From: Penicillus capitatus
Lineage: Eukaryota; Plantae; Chlorophyta
Length of the DNA stretch: 64,000 nt
Direction: 5' to 3'
Assembly: GCA_965649825.1 (NCBI GenBank)
Contig: OZ287701.1
Coordinates: forward strand, 609,101-673,100
In this document: positions 24,230 to 38,081 of the stretch, piece after piece
How the letters are laid out: each line of letters begins with the position of its first letter
Position numbering within the stretch: position 1 is the first letter of the stretch
Program-made: the position numbers and the translations under genes
Notes under the pieces: generated by a model
Databases searched by the model: none
What the model was told of the DNA's origin: nothing
The model's input: only the letters and a program-made list of their open reading frames with translations

Positions 24230-26629
24230 TAGATGGACGTCATCTACGGTCGGCCATGTCGACGTCGACGCCTGTCATTTCGTACCGCAACGACGCTGCT
24301 GTTGGATTCTTGTCTCGGACGCGATCGATTGTATTTCGCTGTGACGTCATCAACGACAGCGGCGTTTCGCGATCATGACGAAGAGTCGAACGCGCGCGCG
24401 GAAGGGGACCAAGGGATTGCCGTTCGACTTCAAACACCTCTTTCAAATGCAGGCGACACACGAAGACGTCCAGGTATCGTCGTTGTGTATGTTCGTTCAC
24501 GTCGCATCCGAATGGAGAGGGCGTCGTCGGATGCTCCAACATCGCGCCGCCGACACTCGCCGACGGCGTCGGCGTTCCTTCGCGTCTCTCCGGGCGTTGA
24601 TGGCGTTGACCGTGGCGTCTTGGTTTTGTCGCGGATCGCCGAACGGTTCTATGCGCTGTAGAGAGACCTGCAGCGAATCGGAGATGCGCTCGAGACGATG
24701 AACGGCCGGGAGGAGCGCCGAAAGAAGACTCGACGCGACGAAGTGTAAGACGACGATGTCGAAAGATGTCACATCATCCGCGGCACATCATGCAGGGGGG
24801 CGAGTCAGAGCAAGTCTCGAGAGCGTGTCGAGGTCGCCACGGACGAAATCGTCGAAGTCGATGTTGCGATGCAGATGAACTGCTTCTGACGGAACGACGA
24901 TCAGGAGGATGTGTGGATGGGGACAGATACAGAGGACGCGCATGGCCTGTGTGCATGCACATAGCTCTGGCGATTGCGATGAGAGATGTGAACGGACGAT
25001 ATGCGTAATCTTCTTCTGTTTTGACTAAAACGGTTGTCCACTGGACGGAATCGCGATGCAGCGGGTGACGCTGATCCTACAACACGGATAACCTCCTCTC
25101 TTGACAGAGCGAGATTCTCGGAGAGAACGACGTCGCGCGGCCGACGTACGGTCCTTGGTCGATACCGAGTCCCCCCGATCTCTCGACATCTGCAGTGTCT
25201 ATACGTGATTCGACGTTTGTTGCCTCTCGCTCTCATAGAATCGTTTATCGAACACCCCGGAACTACCCGCCGTCTCGAAACAGATGCATAGGTGTGTCTC
25301 GAGTACAGTCGAGAAACCACTCACGTGCTTCTCCCATGTCCGTATCTCGAATCGCATTCTCTCGTCTGTCTTGCTGATCAGAACCTCTGATGTCAAGCCG
25401 GCGTCGATGCAGCCAGACGGATATCGTATAATCGAAACGGATCGCGTCTAGATCGGTTTAACGACAGCGGAGGCTTTCCGGACGAGGTCCAGGCGAATCG
25501 TGCGACGCTCGTGAGTTGGAACGTGTCGTCTATGCAACGCGTAACGTAACAGAACCTCCTGTTATCGCGATCAGGTATTTCGTGCATGTCCCATTGGATT
25601 TTTGTCGTTATAGGATGGCAGACTGCCTTTTGGCCTCTGTTCGTAAAATCTGTCTTACTGTAAACGCAGAATGTCTTCAATGAGAGAGTGACGTCACAGT
25701 CGATTTGGCCGACAGGCCGCTCACGGATCGTGTCCCGAAGACCTCACTTCCAAATCAAGAACCTCAATGTGCAATGGCCGTACAATTACTGTGCTCTTTG
25801 CAGGAAAGACAGATGCCAGCGATAAGCGTGATGTCGGTTTGACTGCAGCTCAAAGAAGCGCAGTCGCCGGGAAAGCGACACGACAAGACGATCGGGAAGG
25901 AGACGAGATCACACGCGCGGTTGCATCGACGGTTTCGCAGTTTCAGCGTGGCATGCATGTCTCTACCAACATGCACACAGCTAACGGAAAGGTCTCCCCT
26001 TCAATAGACGCATGCAATCCTGCATGAGACACGGCGTTATCATCCGAATCCGAACAATATCGGAACGTCGATGGACAGTTTTTATCATTATCGAAATCGA
26101 ACGTTCTCCTTGCAGAGATGTAGACCGATTAGTGGCTGGATAAGCACCTATCTCGTGGATTTATCGTGCGTCGATTGCGATGGCGTTCCGAGGCAGAAAA
26201 CAGCGACAGTCTAGGAAGCTCTCTCATTTGTTTACAAATCTGTTTGGATGCAGACAACCCAATCAGCAGTTCTCTTACGAATCCGATCCTTCCAGACTAG
26301 ACTACCGAGAAAGAGATTTGCAAATCGAGAGCTACTGTATGTTTGTATTGATGCAAATGCACCGAAAACTCCTCATTTGATGAGGATCTGTAGAAGAATG
26401 TTTAGAGAGTTAAGGAGTTCGCCTGGACTTGTAAGTAAGAAAAGAAGCAGACCATGGATGTCTCAAAAACCCTCTACCAAGAATGGCAGATGCGGCGCAT
26501 CCACAGTCACACAACCTGCCCGAACAGATCTACGGACATCGTGTCCCCTCGCTGTGACAGGCATCTTGAAGAACAAAAAACAGAATGGCACTAAAGGGAT
26601 AAAAAACTGCTAGAATTAGAGCAGTCGAT

Positions 26630-29600
26630 TCAAGGGCTCAACAAGTCTTCCAGCTTGGAACGGACGTCCTCGGGACATGAGGTGCGAGGTTCTGTGCAAA
26701 CGAGATCCAAAGGTATGTTTCCGGAATCTGTGGTGCTCAACTTAGATGCTCCAGCATCGACGAGAACCTAACAACGATATCAGCGAGAACAGAGAAGGGC
26801 AGAACTCACTTTCGCACACTTCAGGTAACCACCACGCGCTGCGATATGAAGCGCTGTCCATCCTTCCTCGTCAACAGTGTCGACATTCGCGCCATGATCC
26901 AAAAGACTCTAAGAACAGGTAAGGGACCTCTAGTTAGGCCAGTGCAATAACGCATCTAATGCTGTTCACTTTACTAAGCTCGTCATGGTCATAAAGGGCG
27001 GCGTAGTGAAGTGGCGTCATTCCGTCTTCGTCGATTAAGTTAACATTAGCCTTGCCGTCCAGAAGAGCCTGAAACATGAGATTAAGTTCACAGGGAGGGG
27101 AAGAGGGTTCGTTACTCACCGTGGCGATCTCTTTCAAGCCATCCCGTGCGGCATAGTGCAGCGGTGTCCATCCATCTTCATCGACGGCATCGACATTCGC
27201 ACTGCTATTCAAGAGAGCCTTCAGACACAGAAGTGATCGCGCTAGAAGCTTAAACATGTTCATCGCTCACCGTGACGATCGCCGTCTGTCTAAAACGCAC
27301 AGCGTAATGCAGCGGTGTCCATCCGTCTTCATCAGCGGCATCGACATTCGCTCCGCCAGTAAGAAGAATCTAAACGCATAGAAAAAGGATCGATCGATCG
27401 ATCGAAGAACGCGAACGCGTTTGATGCTTACTTTGGCGATATCGGCGGTTCCATCGCGCACAGCGAAGTGAAGCGGTGTCCATCCGTCTTCATCAGCGGC
27501 GTTGACATTGGCCTTGCCGTCTACTAGAATCTGTGATATGCAACGACTGTTTAGACAGAAAGAGCGATCGCGTTCGATAGGCACTTTTGCGATTTCGATG
27601 CGCTTGTAACGCACGGCGTAGTGTAGAGGCGTCCATCCGTCCTTTTCCATCGCATCGGCATTCGCCCTGAGGTCGAGAAGGGACTAAGAACACATGTCGC
27701 GTCAACCAGAGATTGAGCAATTGATCGATTATCTGCAAACCGTAACGATCTTCAGATATCCAAAGCGCACAGCGATGTGAAGAGGCGTCCGTCCGTCATC
27801 GTCGGCCACATCGATTTTCAGGCCTTCGTTTACCAGAATCTATAAAAGCACGACTACCGACAGGCGAGAACGATCCGATACTTACGGCTTCCATCTCAGC
27901 GATGAACTCATAACGCACGGCGTAGTGCAATGGCGTCCATCCGTCTTCATCGGCGACGTTGACATCGGCGCTGCTGCTTAGCAGAACCTAAAGGCGTCCA
28001 CCGATCATGCCGCGATCGAAAGAAACTTTCGGTGCTCACCGCGATGAGATCGACGTGTCTGTCACGGACGGCGTAGTGCAACGGTCTCCATCCGTTTTCG
28101 TCGGCGGCATCGACATCCGCTTTACGCTCGATAAGAGCCTGGAGTCCAGCAATCGATCAAAGGCGAGCGAAAAGAAGTCCGTGTTTACTCTGGTGATGTT
28201 GATGTGTCCATAACGCACGGCAAGATGAAGTGGCGTCCAACCGACTCTCTCGATGACGTCGACTTTCGCCTTGTTGTCGAGCAGCACCTGCGACGAAGAA
28301 CGTCGATCCGAGATCGAAAACGTAATCGATAATTACGATGACGATGTCGAGATGCCCACCGCGTGCGGCATAATGCAGCGGCGTCAATCCATCTTTTTCC
28401 ACGACGTTTACAACCGCATTGCGCGTCATCAACGTCTAAACATGCATGCCGGATCGAGCAATCGATCACGAATACGACAGATGCTTACTTTGACGACCTC
28501 GACGCGATTGCGATGCACAGCGTAGTGAAGCGCCGTCCATCCATCACTCAACGCAATATTCACATTTGCATTCTTGTTAATAAGAGCCTAAGAGACAACG
28601 CATAGCGTCATATCAATGCAGGAAGCAGTAGGTAAGCTTACAGTCACAATCTCTGTATAGCCCTGCTTTGTTGCATAATGAAGCGCCGTCCAGCCGTTTT
28701 TGTTGATGGCGTCGACCTCCGCCCCTTTCGCCAAGAGTTCCTATTGATTCGACATGCACTTTGGGCAACCTTCAGTAGAAATCACCTTTGCGATAGCCAC
28801 CTGTCTGTTGACGGTGGCTATGTACAATGCCGTCTCTCCATGGCTTGTCCTCAGTTTTAAGTCTGCCCCGTAAGCGATCAATTTCTGCGAGAAGTTTTCG
28901 TGCAGAAAAAAACAACGGCAACGACAAGGTGTACCTGAATAACAGCGAGATGGCCTTGTTGGGCAGCAATGTGCAGTGGGCAGTTGCCAAGGTGATCGAC
29001 GATGTTCGGCTTAACCTTATAACGAATAAGGACCTATGGCAGCCACCGTGTCCAGAAACCGTGGTGTACAGCAACAGAAGATACGTCAATGACATCTAGG
29101 TTGCCATCCAACGCTGCGCGATGCAGTGGCGATCTTCCTTCCTCATCAACTGCCGAGATATTTGCCCCTTTTCGGATCAGCGCCTAAGTCAACAGATCGA
29201 TCGATCGCCTTCGTCGTCTCGTCGACGATCGACGCACCTCCACCACTTCGACGCTTCCTGCTTGTGCTGCCTTGTGCAAAGCCGACTCTCCCGTTTTGTC
29301 CACTGCACTTGTCTTTGCACCGTTCTCTAAGAGCCACTGGCGGCGCACACGTCAGAGTAGATAGGGATGCCAGCTTCACTCACATTCACCGCTTCTGTAT
29401 CGCCATTTCGTGCTGAGACGAGAAGAGCTGTCCATCCTTTGTCCTTCTCCTCCAGGGGACCGCCACCAGAGAGCAACTAGTCCATGATGCACGTCTGTAC
29501 GGCCGAGATCACGAGACGATCGGTACGTACCTGCATGATCTTGAGTTGTTTGCTGTCTGCTGCAACAAGCAACGGTTTAAAGCCTTCCGCATCGGCAGTT

Positions 29601-32600
29601 TCTTTATTCGCCCCTTTATCGATGAGAACCTAAAAACGCACGCGTCTTCAAACCGAAGATCCCAAGCAACGTGTTCACTTTGGCGAACTCAAACTGTCCA
29701 GCTGCAGAGGCAATCACCAGTGGTGTCTGTCCTTCTTCGTCCTGTACATCTGTACTCGCCTTATTATCAATGAGCACCTGCAGACATCGCAGATGACATC
29801 TCTGATCAGCAGTCTCGCGTCATGACCTTCGCGGCATCTGTATATCCGCTCTGTGCCGCGATGTGCAACGCCGTCCATCCATCTTCTCGCACGGCGTCGA
29901 CTTTGGCGCCACGTGAAATCAATTCCTGTCAGCCGCCATTGCCGAACGTGAAAAACAACACAGATGGTATGCCTTTATGATATTATCTCTTTCGACGAGC
30001 ACCGCCCAATGCAGAGGCGTCTGTCCTTGTCGATCTGCAGCGTCAATGTCTGCTCCGCCTTCGATGAGTTTCTAAACGCTTTCCGATTCGAAACGCGCGT
30101 CTTCCGATTAAAATGCGCACCTTCACGACTTCCAGTTTTCCAGTGAAAGTTGCGACGTGCAACGGCGTCTGTCCCTCTTCGTCTCGTGCTTCTTTGTTTA
30201 CTCCATTGGCAATGAGGATCTGCGCAGATGCATTTCAAGGCATTGATATGCAAAGCAGTGCCTGTCACCTCAACGATGGCGAGATGCCCGAGTTGCGCTG
30301 CGACGTGCAACGCTGTCCATCCATCGTCTCGGACGGCTTCGATGTCCGCGCCACCGTCGATCAATGGCTACTCACGATCGCATTCGACATTGAAGCGAAA
30401 TCATGCAGTCCTACCTTCACGATACTCGTTTTTCCATACAACACCGCCACATGCAGAGCTGTCCGTTCGTGGCTATCCAGGACGTTCAAGTCCACTTTCG
30501 CGTCGATGAATGCCTAAACAGTTCTCAATCGAGAGAAGACGGTGCGTATGTGTGTCTACCTGTACAAGTTCCAGATTTCCAACCTTCGCTGCAGCATGCA
30601 GCGCTGTCTCGCCATCTTTGTTCTGCACGTTCAGATCCACTCCACTTGCAATCAACGCCTGCAACATCTCTCATCTTCCGCACAAAGGCGGCGTAACGGT
30701 ATGACCTGCACAACTTCTGTCGATCCGATATCTGCGGCCATATGCAATGCCGTCCATCCATCTTTTCGAACAGCATTGACATTGGCACCCAACTCAATCA
30801 ACGACTACACACACATTCGATTTACTGCTGAACTGGAGGTTAAGATATGTGTGCCTGCACGGCGCCCTTTTCTCCTTGAATCACTGCCAGATGCAGAGGC
30901 GTCTGTCCCTTGCGATCAACGGCTTCTATGGTCGCATTAGCCTCGATAAGCGCCTGTCAATGACATGATGTCTATCTGTCGTGCAGGTCAGTGATCAGAG
31001 TGACGTCTTGCCTTGATGACTTCGGCATTTCCCGATTTGGCGGCTTTGTGCAACGGGGTTTTCTTACCCTTGCTTTGAGAATCGACGTCCGCTCCCTTTC
31101 CCAAAAGAACCTATGACTCACTCACATTCAGCATCACAGAACCGAAATCTAAAGTGCATCGTGTTTGGTACCTTGACGACTTTAAGTCGTCCGTTTTCCG
31201 CCGCCAGACTCAGAGGCGTCTCTTTCTTAATGCTGGTCGCATCCACGTCGACCCCAAATTTCAGGAGAATCTAGAATCGCACATATCGTCTTATTTGCAG
31301 CCTGTGTAAAGCGAAAGCGAAGCTGCTGATGCGGTCGATGACGCAACCACATATCCATGACTGCCCACTCTCAATACCAGATCGGATCGCGCCCCGATTG
31401 CTCACCTTAGCCACAGCTGTCGATCCGAATATCGCAGCGATGTGAAGCGGCGTCAAATGGTGATCATTCTTTCTGCTGATATCTCCGTTTCGCTCTTTAA
31501 GAAGCTACAAACACAAACCACAAGTGTCTTCTCATGGCGGCATTGATGGACTGGATCGGAGACGCACCTCGAGACAGTCCAAGGCATTAAAAGCCGCAGC
31601 CCAATGGATAAGCGTCGAGCCTTTGGCCAGAGATGGGGAACTGTTTTCTTCGTCCTCGTGATACGTTGCGTTGGGCGAGAGGCCTTCGTTCAGAATCTTA
31701 GTCGCTTTCCAGTTCTCGTCTTTTTCGAGAGCTTTCAGAATTGCCTGTCAACACGACGACAATGATCCGCGCATATATCGCGACGCTCTTACCAGGAGTT
31801 CCTGCCATCGAGGTGTCTTCTTGTTCACCTGGATCGGCGCAGTGACTTTCGATTCCTTCTCCTCTTCCAGGCTCTTTGACACCTAAACCACAAAACGCAG
31901 ATCAGTCTCGTATAACGAAGGGGACAGGCAGTGCGAAACGCGTTCGCGTGGATTTCGCGATAAAGCCCATCGCAAGCGTTTCGATGAGAAATGTGTGAAC
32001 TCACGTCGTTTTCGATCTTGATCGTCTCTTCGATCCAATCCCAGAAGGCAGACACACGGGTATAGACGATCGGAGAGTACCCATCGCATACATCCGAGCT
32101 GAACGATGTGATACCGATGATGACATCCTGTTTCGAATTGCCCTGCGGAAGAGTGATCTCCGGTTTGTACGGGATAAACAAAGGTCCTCCCGAATCGCCT
32201 GTCGATAACAGAAACGCACAGTTTTTTCTCTTCGTCTGGCATCCGATCGCGTTCACGACTTACCGCGACACGTATCGCTACCGATCGAGCCGATACAGAT
32301 CATGTGCTTTTTCAGAGTGGCATTGAGCGATCTCTGACACGAATTGGCGGACAAGACCGGGAGATCCTCAGTCGATTGCAGCACACTTGCCGTGACGTTC
32401 TTCTCTGTCGAACCCCATCCGGCCATCGCGAGACGATCCCCATAGCGCAGTTGGACACCGTCTTTGTCGAAACTCACTCCTCCGGCCACGGCTTTTCTGT
32501 CTAATCGCACGAGCCCCACATCGAAACCGTTCTTCACATCGCTGTTCCATTTTGGATGCCAATACGCTCTCTTCGATCGATACAACTACAATCGCACAGC

Positions 32601-33266
32601 TCACGTGACGATCGATGGCTGATCGATCGATCAGTCATCTTCGCATTCTTACGCTTCGAGGATCGTTCGAATCGACTTCGTAGATTCCGCAACGAACAGT
32701 CGCGAAATGCCCGAGACCAGTTTGTTTGTTGTTCCATAGACAGTGCGCAGCTGTCAAGACCCATTGATCATCGATGAGAAATCCACCGCAGAAATGATCA
32801 TCGGTTCCCGGTTTTCTCAGGCTGCACATGAAAGGGAACCTCTCTCTCGGAGCCGGATTGCCATCCTGGGCAAAGAGAACTGCCATACGTCGTTCGCGTT
32901 GCTAGATGCGTACCATGACTCTCGATTCGGCATAGTTGCTTTGCGCACCGATGTCGTTCTTTTCTACAAAACGAGGCGGCTGCTTTGCGATCGACGCAAC
33001 GTAACGACGTTACCCGGTGGCACTTCTTCCTGTTTCTAGAAGAAACGCACACACCATGCTTCATTAATGCATGGCGGCGGCGGAATGCATACCATGGATT
33101 CGTGTTGCACGAAGGCATTTGGTAAAACGTGAGCGCCGTTTGCTGAAAGGGAAGAGGGTAAGCTCGGTTTAGACGATCGTCTGCGCTACGGACCGTAAAT
33201 GCCTGATGATGGATGTCTACCGTAGATGAAAGACCAGAAGAGCAGACAAAGAACCGTGCGCCTCAT
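26630..33266 (-). CDS. Predicted secreted trypsin-family (S1A) serine protease fused to about 32 ankyrin repeats; about 40 exons
   Basis: Signal-like [18 protein letters not shown], then activation-like SR-VMDG. The catalytic triad is intact: [23 protein letters not shown]. Intron 31883-32004 (GTGAGT...TTTAG) joins IEND to VSKSLEEEK in phase 0. Ankyrin exons follow, ending [26 protein letters not shown]. Confidence 0.85.
26810..31504 (-). repeat. Array of about 31 ankyrin repeats, one per phase-0 exon (almost all 99 nt)
   Basis: Examples are exons 31406-31504 ([33 protein letters not shown]) and 26810-26908 ([33 protein letters not shown]). Each is bounded by AG and GT or GC at the same position in the repeat. 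One exon reads as 93 nt and one as 102 nt. Confidence 0.9.
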
Positions 33267-33772
33267 GATCGGCGTTGTGTAACGAGAGAGTAGACAGCGG
33301 CGCAGTTCTGGTTAGATTCCACCTGAAAACGTGAAATGGTCAAGGGTCCGTGTAAACGGCCTTTTTATACGCTCCTCGCGCAGTTCAGGAATTTACTGAA
33401 CATCAAGAAATCCATTACGCGTGATAATTATGAATCTGTCTGCGTCTCTGCAATCATCCTTCTTTTCATCCTTCCACTGAGATTTGTGTGCTCATGGCGA
33501 TGGATTGAGTTGCAAAAGAGGCCCTATTCACAGAACTCGGCACAGAATGGAATGCCGTTATTCGAGAGGGTCAGAAATCGCGATGAAATCCGACAGCACG
33601 ATCGTTGGACGGCGGGCACCGAGAGGACAGGTCACATCAAACGATCACACAGGTCTTGTTACGCTGCAAGAGCAACACCGTCCTCCACTTGCCGCCAGTT
33701 GCCATACCCTCTCCGCCAACAAAGTCGTTCAGTCGTTGCTGTTTTGTGGAGCATCGAGGACAGGGTCATCGA

Positions 33773-35933
33773 ATGTCTTGGACAGGAGGGTGGGTGCATG
33801 AGCCCGTCACCAAAGGTGCGCGGTCGTTTCTGATGGGACTGGCCAATTCGATGGCTGTTCATCTACATTCACCGCGGTCACTTGACAACCGCATCTTTCG
33901 TCAACCTTATCGCTTTCCCTAGACAACGAATTCTGTCTCGCATCAGATACGTCTGTGGCGTTGCGTCTTCCACATGAATCGAATTCCTGCAGCCAATACC
34001 TACTTACTGCCAGCACTCGATAGACGCGAAGAGGAAGGTGGTGGTGTTAACTGGAAATGCGTCACAAGACTCATAAACTTCATCCAAGACGCGAACTGTC
34101 TAACGGACGACCTGCGTTACAGCCTCAAATCCCGTCTCAAATCATCTGACCCGCACTGTGTGCTCAATACATTAACAGTCTCCCCCGAATCCATACGGAG
34201 ACCATCTGAGCGGCCTGTCTCGCGTTTAGGTGTATTATACAATTGCTTTGAATGGGAGGCGAGTGGTGAGAGATCAGTTATCTGGGAGGCGCTCGATGGA
34301 TCGATTCCAGAGGCGTTTTTTGAAGAGTCGGGATATAATGGTTCGGAATGCCATTCTGCAGCTCCTGATGGACTGGTCCTTTCTCTTTGGAGACGAAATT
34401 CTCGGGAAGAGATGTGCAAGTGTGCTGCGGGAACTGAACGGACGACACGGATTCGCCTTGCGTCCCACCGGCACCGCCGCAGATCTCTATTCGGTCATCC
34501 ATGCCGAAGAACGAACAGATGATGTCTTTGTCAGGGGGGTTGAATTTGACAGCCAAGAGGATTGGGTGGCGGCACGTGAAGAACACAGTAATGCTGTCGA
34601 GAGATGTATGGCGTCGTGGACGCTGGTGCATAGGTACTCCTAAGGTCGCGATCTCTTGCGCTTCGAACTTGGCGTCTGGCACTCTGAAACTGGGTTCCGT
34701 GAAGAAACTCTTCGGCCGTGGTTCTTCGAGATCCATCAAGAAACACGCCGACAGTGCAATCCTGCGTGAGTTTGCTTCAAGGGACAGTCCTGACACAAAC
34801 CATGTAACCGTCACAGGATGTGCCGTCAAGGCAGCAGACGGCTGAGTTATGGCGTGTAGGTGTACGAGACTCTGGAGAGCGTACCTCGTGATTGTAAGAA
34901 TCTGAAGGACTTACTGTCAGATGTCCATGTCTTAATGCATCGCGGGCAGTTCGATGATGTCCAATCCAAGATGTCCGTTGCAGAGGAGTTAAGAAATAAG
35001 TGTGCCACGATAAACAACACACTTCAAGATATGATCACAACTAGAATGAAAAGTGTGACGTCAGAGAGCAGCCCCACGAGAGAGAACAAAGAATTTGAGC
35101 CTGCTCTCATGACAAGAATCTTGCAGGCAGGTGAGGCCTTAGCATCTGTGTTGACAGAATTCGAGCAAACACACATTGACTACATCCGCCGCCTCGATGG
35201 TAGACCGAGATGTGACGTGTGGCTGCGGTGATGCGACGTGTGTGGTGGCTTAGGTTTGGTGGCGCTTCGTCGACAGGAAGAAGAACGGCTGTCGATTGAG
35301 TGTGCACACAGCAATTCTTCTGTGTCAAGCTGCTCAGATACAGAAAACGGAGCATCCAATTGGGTGGAATTTAGAGCAACAGTAGCAGAACAATGCCAAC
35401 ATTCTCCCTCAGAAAGGAGGCAAAGATTACAGGATCATCCGAACGTAGAAACATCATCTTCACACCTGACGAGGGTATCAAGCTTAGGAGTACCACAGCC
35501 GGTAAGACAGGGTCCTTACCAGCGACCACACTCCTCAACAGGACATCGACTTCCATTGCCGAAATGTCCCATCTCATCCATCTCCGGTATCGCATGCATC
35601 ACTCTTTTGGACGATCTGTAGGGCGTTGTGGTTGTAGATGACAGAACTCCGCCGCCGTTACCTATACAGTCACCCTTTGCCGATGCGAGTGCCCTGCTGG
35701 AAGCGACACAGCTAAAGGAAATGGGTGTTTCTCATTCCGCCCCACAAACGACTCGATCATCTGACGAGGTGGCACAGTCATCAGATCATCTCCGATCCAG
35801 TAGAAACGATGATAGTCCATGCACCACACCGTGTGTGAAATCAACTTCACGAAGCTTCTCTGAAGTGACCGAAACCGGACGTCGCTCCAATCTCTCAAAC
35901 AGAATGCCAATGTGCCCAGCACTAAAAGTGTGA
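33773..35933 (+). CDS. VHS/ENTH plus GAT-like domain protein (TOM1/TOL-like) with Ser/Pro-rich tail; spliced
   Basis: GVNWKCVTRLINFIQD...LKSRLKSSDPHCVLNTLT...VRNAILQLLMDWSFLFG is VHS-like. The helical LKDLL...ELRNKCATINNTLQDMI...LQAGEALASVLTEFE is GAT-like. Confidence 0.6.
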
Positions 35934-36389
35934 CCTCCCTCGCCCTGCGTGCCCATTGTGTGATGTTCGTGTATGATCATCATCAGGTTCGATTCACCGA
36001 TGCACATTTGGAAGCCGTTTTGAGCCGATTGGAAAGTTTAGAGTGATACATCTATCTGCCTTCATCTATGACTGATCTTAATGGTTTTGTATTAATTGGT
36101 GGGGGGTCAAGTCGTCGTCCCCTTAATTGTGTGAATAAACCTCATTGTCCACAAGTTCAGGGAGCACCAGGCATTTACATACACAAATCGATCATGATTC
36201 CAGTTTCTCTCCTCCCTTTTCATTCAGTCAGTTTTCTTCATGTGTTGTTTTCTTCAGACTATGTTAAACGGACGCATGAACGTCCTTTGTTTCTAATAAG
36301 CATCCGAATGAGTGACGTTGATGGACAACACGGATGGATGTCTTTTCGCATGGATTCTTATGGCATTGACGCCTCATTGCTCATTCTTG

Positions 36390-38081
36390 TTACGATCGCA
36401 GCTTCCACTGTCTCACGTTCAAGTAGATGAACGTACCCAGGAAGAAAAGAAAAGAGAATCCACAGAGCAGTAGATCATGAAGGAAAGGATAAGTCATGGG
36501 TGCGTTGATCCAGAGGCGCAACGCATGAAGGATAAGACACAAGGTGAGGACGGCTTTTAGACAGCCCTTCTGCCAAACCGTGTTCTCTTCGTATGAGATA
36601 AAGGAAAGGGAGAAGAACAAAAGCAGCACAGCGATATATTGCAGAGAGAGACCATCTTTCTCGAGTAGTGGATAAAGAGAGAACGCCGCTGTAAAATGGA
36701 AACATAGAACAAGCCATGTCTCGCATTCCATCAGCAGAGAAATCGCCAGTGCTGGCATCAGGATCGATTTTTCGTGAACCTAGACACATTGCATTTATCA
36801 AGCAGCTCTCTCGCCGAAGCACAGAATGCTCGCACTTGATAGGAAAAGAGATAGAATGCTAGAGACGCATTGACAAGAGCGTAGAGAAAGCCTCTGGGAC
36901 TGGGATAGCAGATTTGATGTAGTGTGCTGGGAAGAGACGCTGTAAGAGTCATAAAACTGCACAAACGAACAAGACTATCCACTGCCAACAGGCGTCTCCA
37001 CTTGATGGCGACAGATGAAATGCACCAGAAGTTCGATACATAGTCCTCATATAGTCCACGGGAAACAGGCGTCAGTCGATGCACAACCTCCATAGCGGAT
37101 GCCAGAGGGACAAGGTAAGGCAGCCAAATGAGAGCCATCGTTCCAATGACTGTCCCGCCCAAGATACACAGCTTTGCTGCCTGCCAAGGCATAACTAAAT
37201 TTAACTGTTTGTGGATAGAGTGCGTGCACCTTTCCAAAGAGGGTGCGTTGTTGCAGGCAGTGCCCAAAGAGATGACCGAAGAAGGCCATGGCAAAGTAGA
37301 GACTCATGTGTTTGTGATTGAAGGCGCTGACAAATAAGACGCTGCCCAGCACGTGCCGATGGGTTAAGATGCAGATGACCGACAGCAGTGTTAGTCCCAA
37401 ACTGATGCAGTTGTACTGGAAATGGCCGTGGTCAATGAGCAAGAGACATGGCTGCAGGAGCAGAACCCAAGTAGATTCCTCAGACACGACATCAGCTGTC
37501 CACAGAGCTGCAGGCATAAACACTGGAAAGACACATCTTTGGTTGGACGGACATCTGTACGGTTGAGTGACTCACATATGAGATCTGAGATGACGACAGA
37601 CCATCGCATGAGTAACTTTGAATGTTGCGTTTCGTATCCACGAGATGTATGCAGCTCCACTGTCTCTGGTTGGAAATGCTGAATCGCTTTGCCGTGCAAC
37701 CAGCTCTGCGTGATATGATTCCAGAGATTCAAAGAGGGAGAAAGGGTGTCCGTTACTTGATAGCCACTCAACGGTGGATAGTCCAGTCCCCAGTAGGACA
37801 AATCGTTGTTAGACGAATTCCGATACCTCCAATGCGCGACTTCTGACGTTGTCATCGCGTCATCGCCTACCATTCTGCGACAGGGAGGTTGATCGTGATT
37901 TCCATCCAGTGCCGTTGGGCTTCATAGTCGCCGTATCTGGGAGGTATCCCGGCACCTACCCACCAACTCCGATGAGGCAGTTAGGTCACGTCACTGTCTG
38001 ACCCGAATAGGACCCGAGACTGATGGCGAGGCGCACGAGCAGAGCAAACGCAGCGAGGAGATACGTCTTTTGCTCCCACAT
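36390..38081 (-). CDS. ALG6: Dolichyl-PP-Man9GlcNAc2 alpha-1,3-glucosyltransferase; spliced
   Basis: [81 protein letters not shown]. Confidence 0.95.

Noticed and set aside
24400-26613. Several short ORFs and exon-like segments between FUN14 and the ankyrin gene
   Set aside because: No recognisable domain and conflicting frames and strands. Real small genes are possible but cannot be called from sequence alone.
29500-30010. Suspected frameshifts in two ankyrin exons (near 29580 and 29990)
   Set aside because: On re-reading both are in frame ([19 protein letters not shown]; [14 protein letters not shown] followed by a GC donor).
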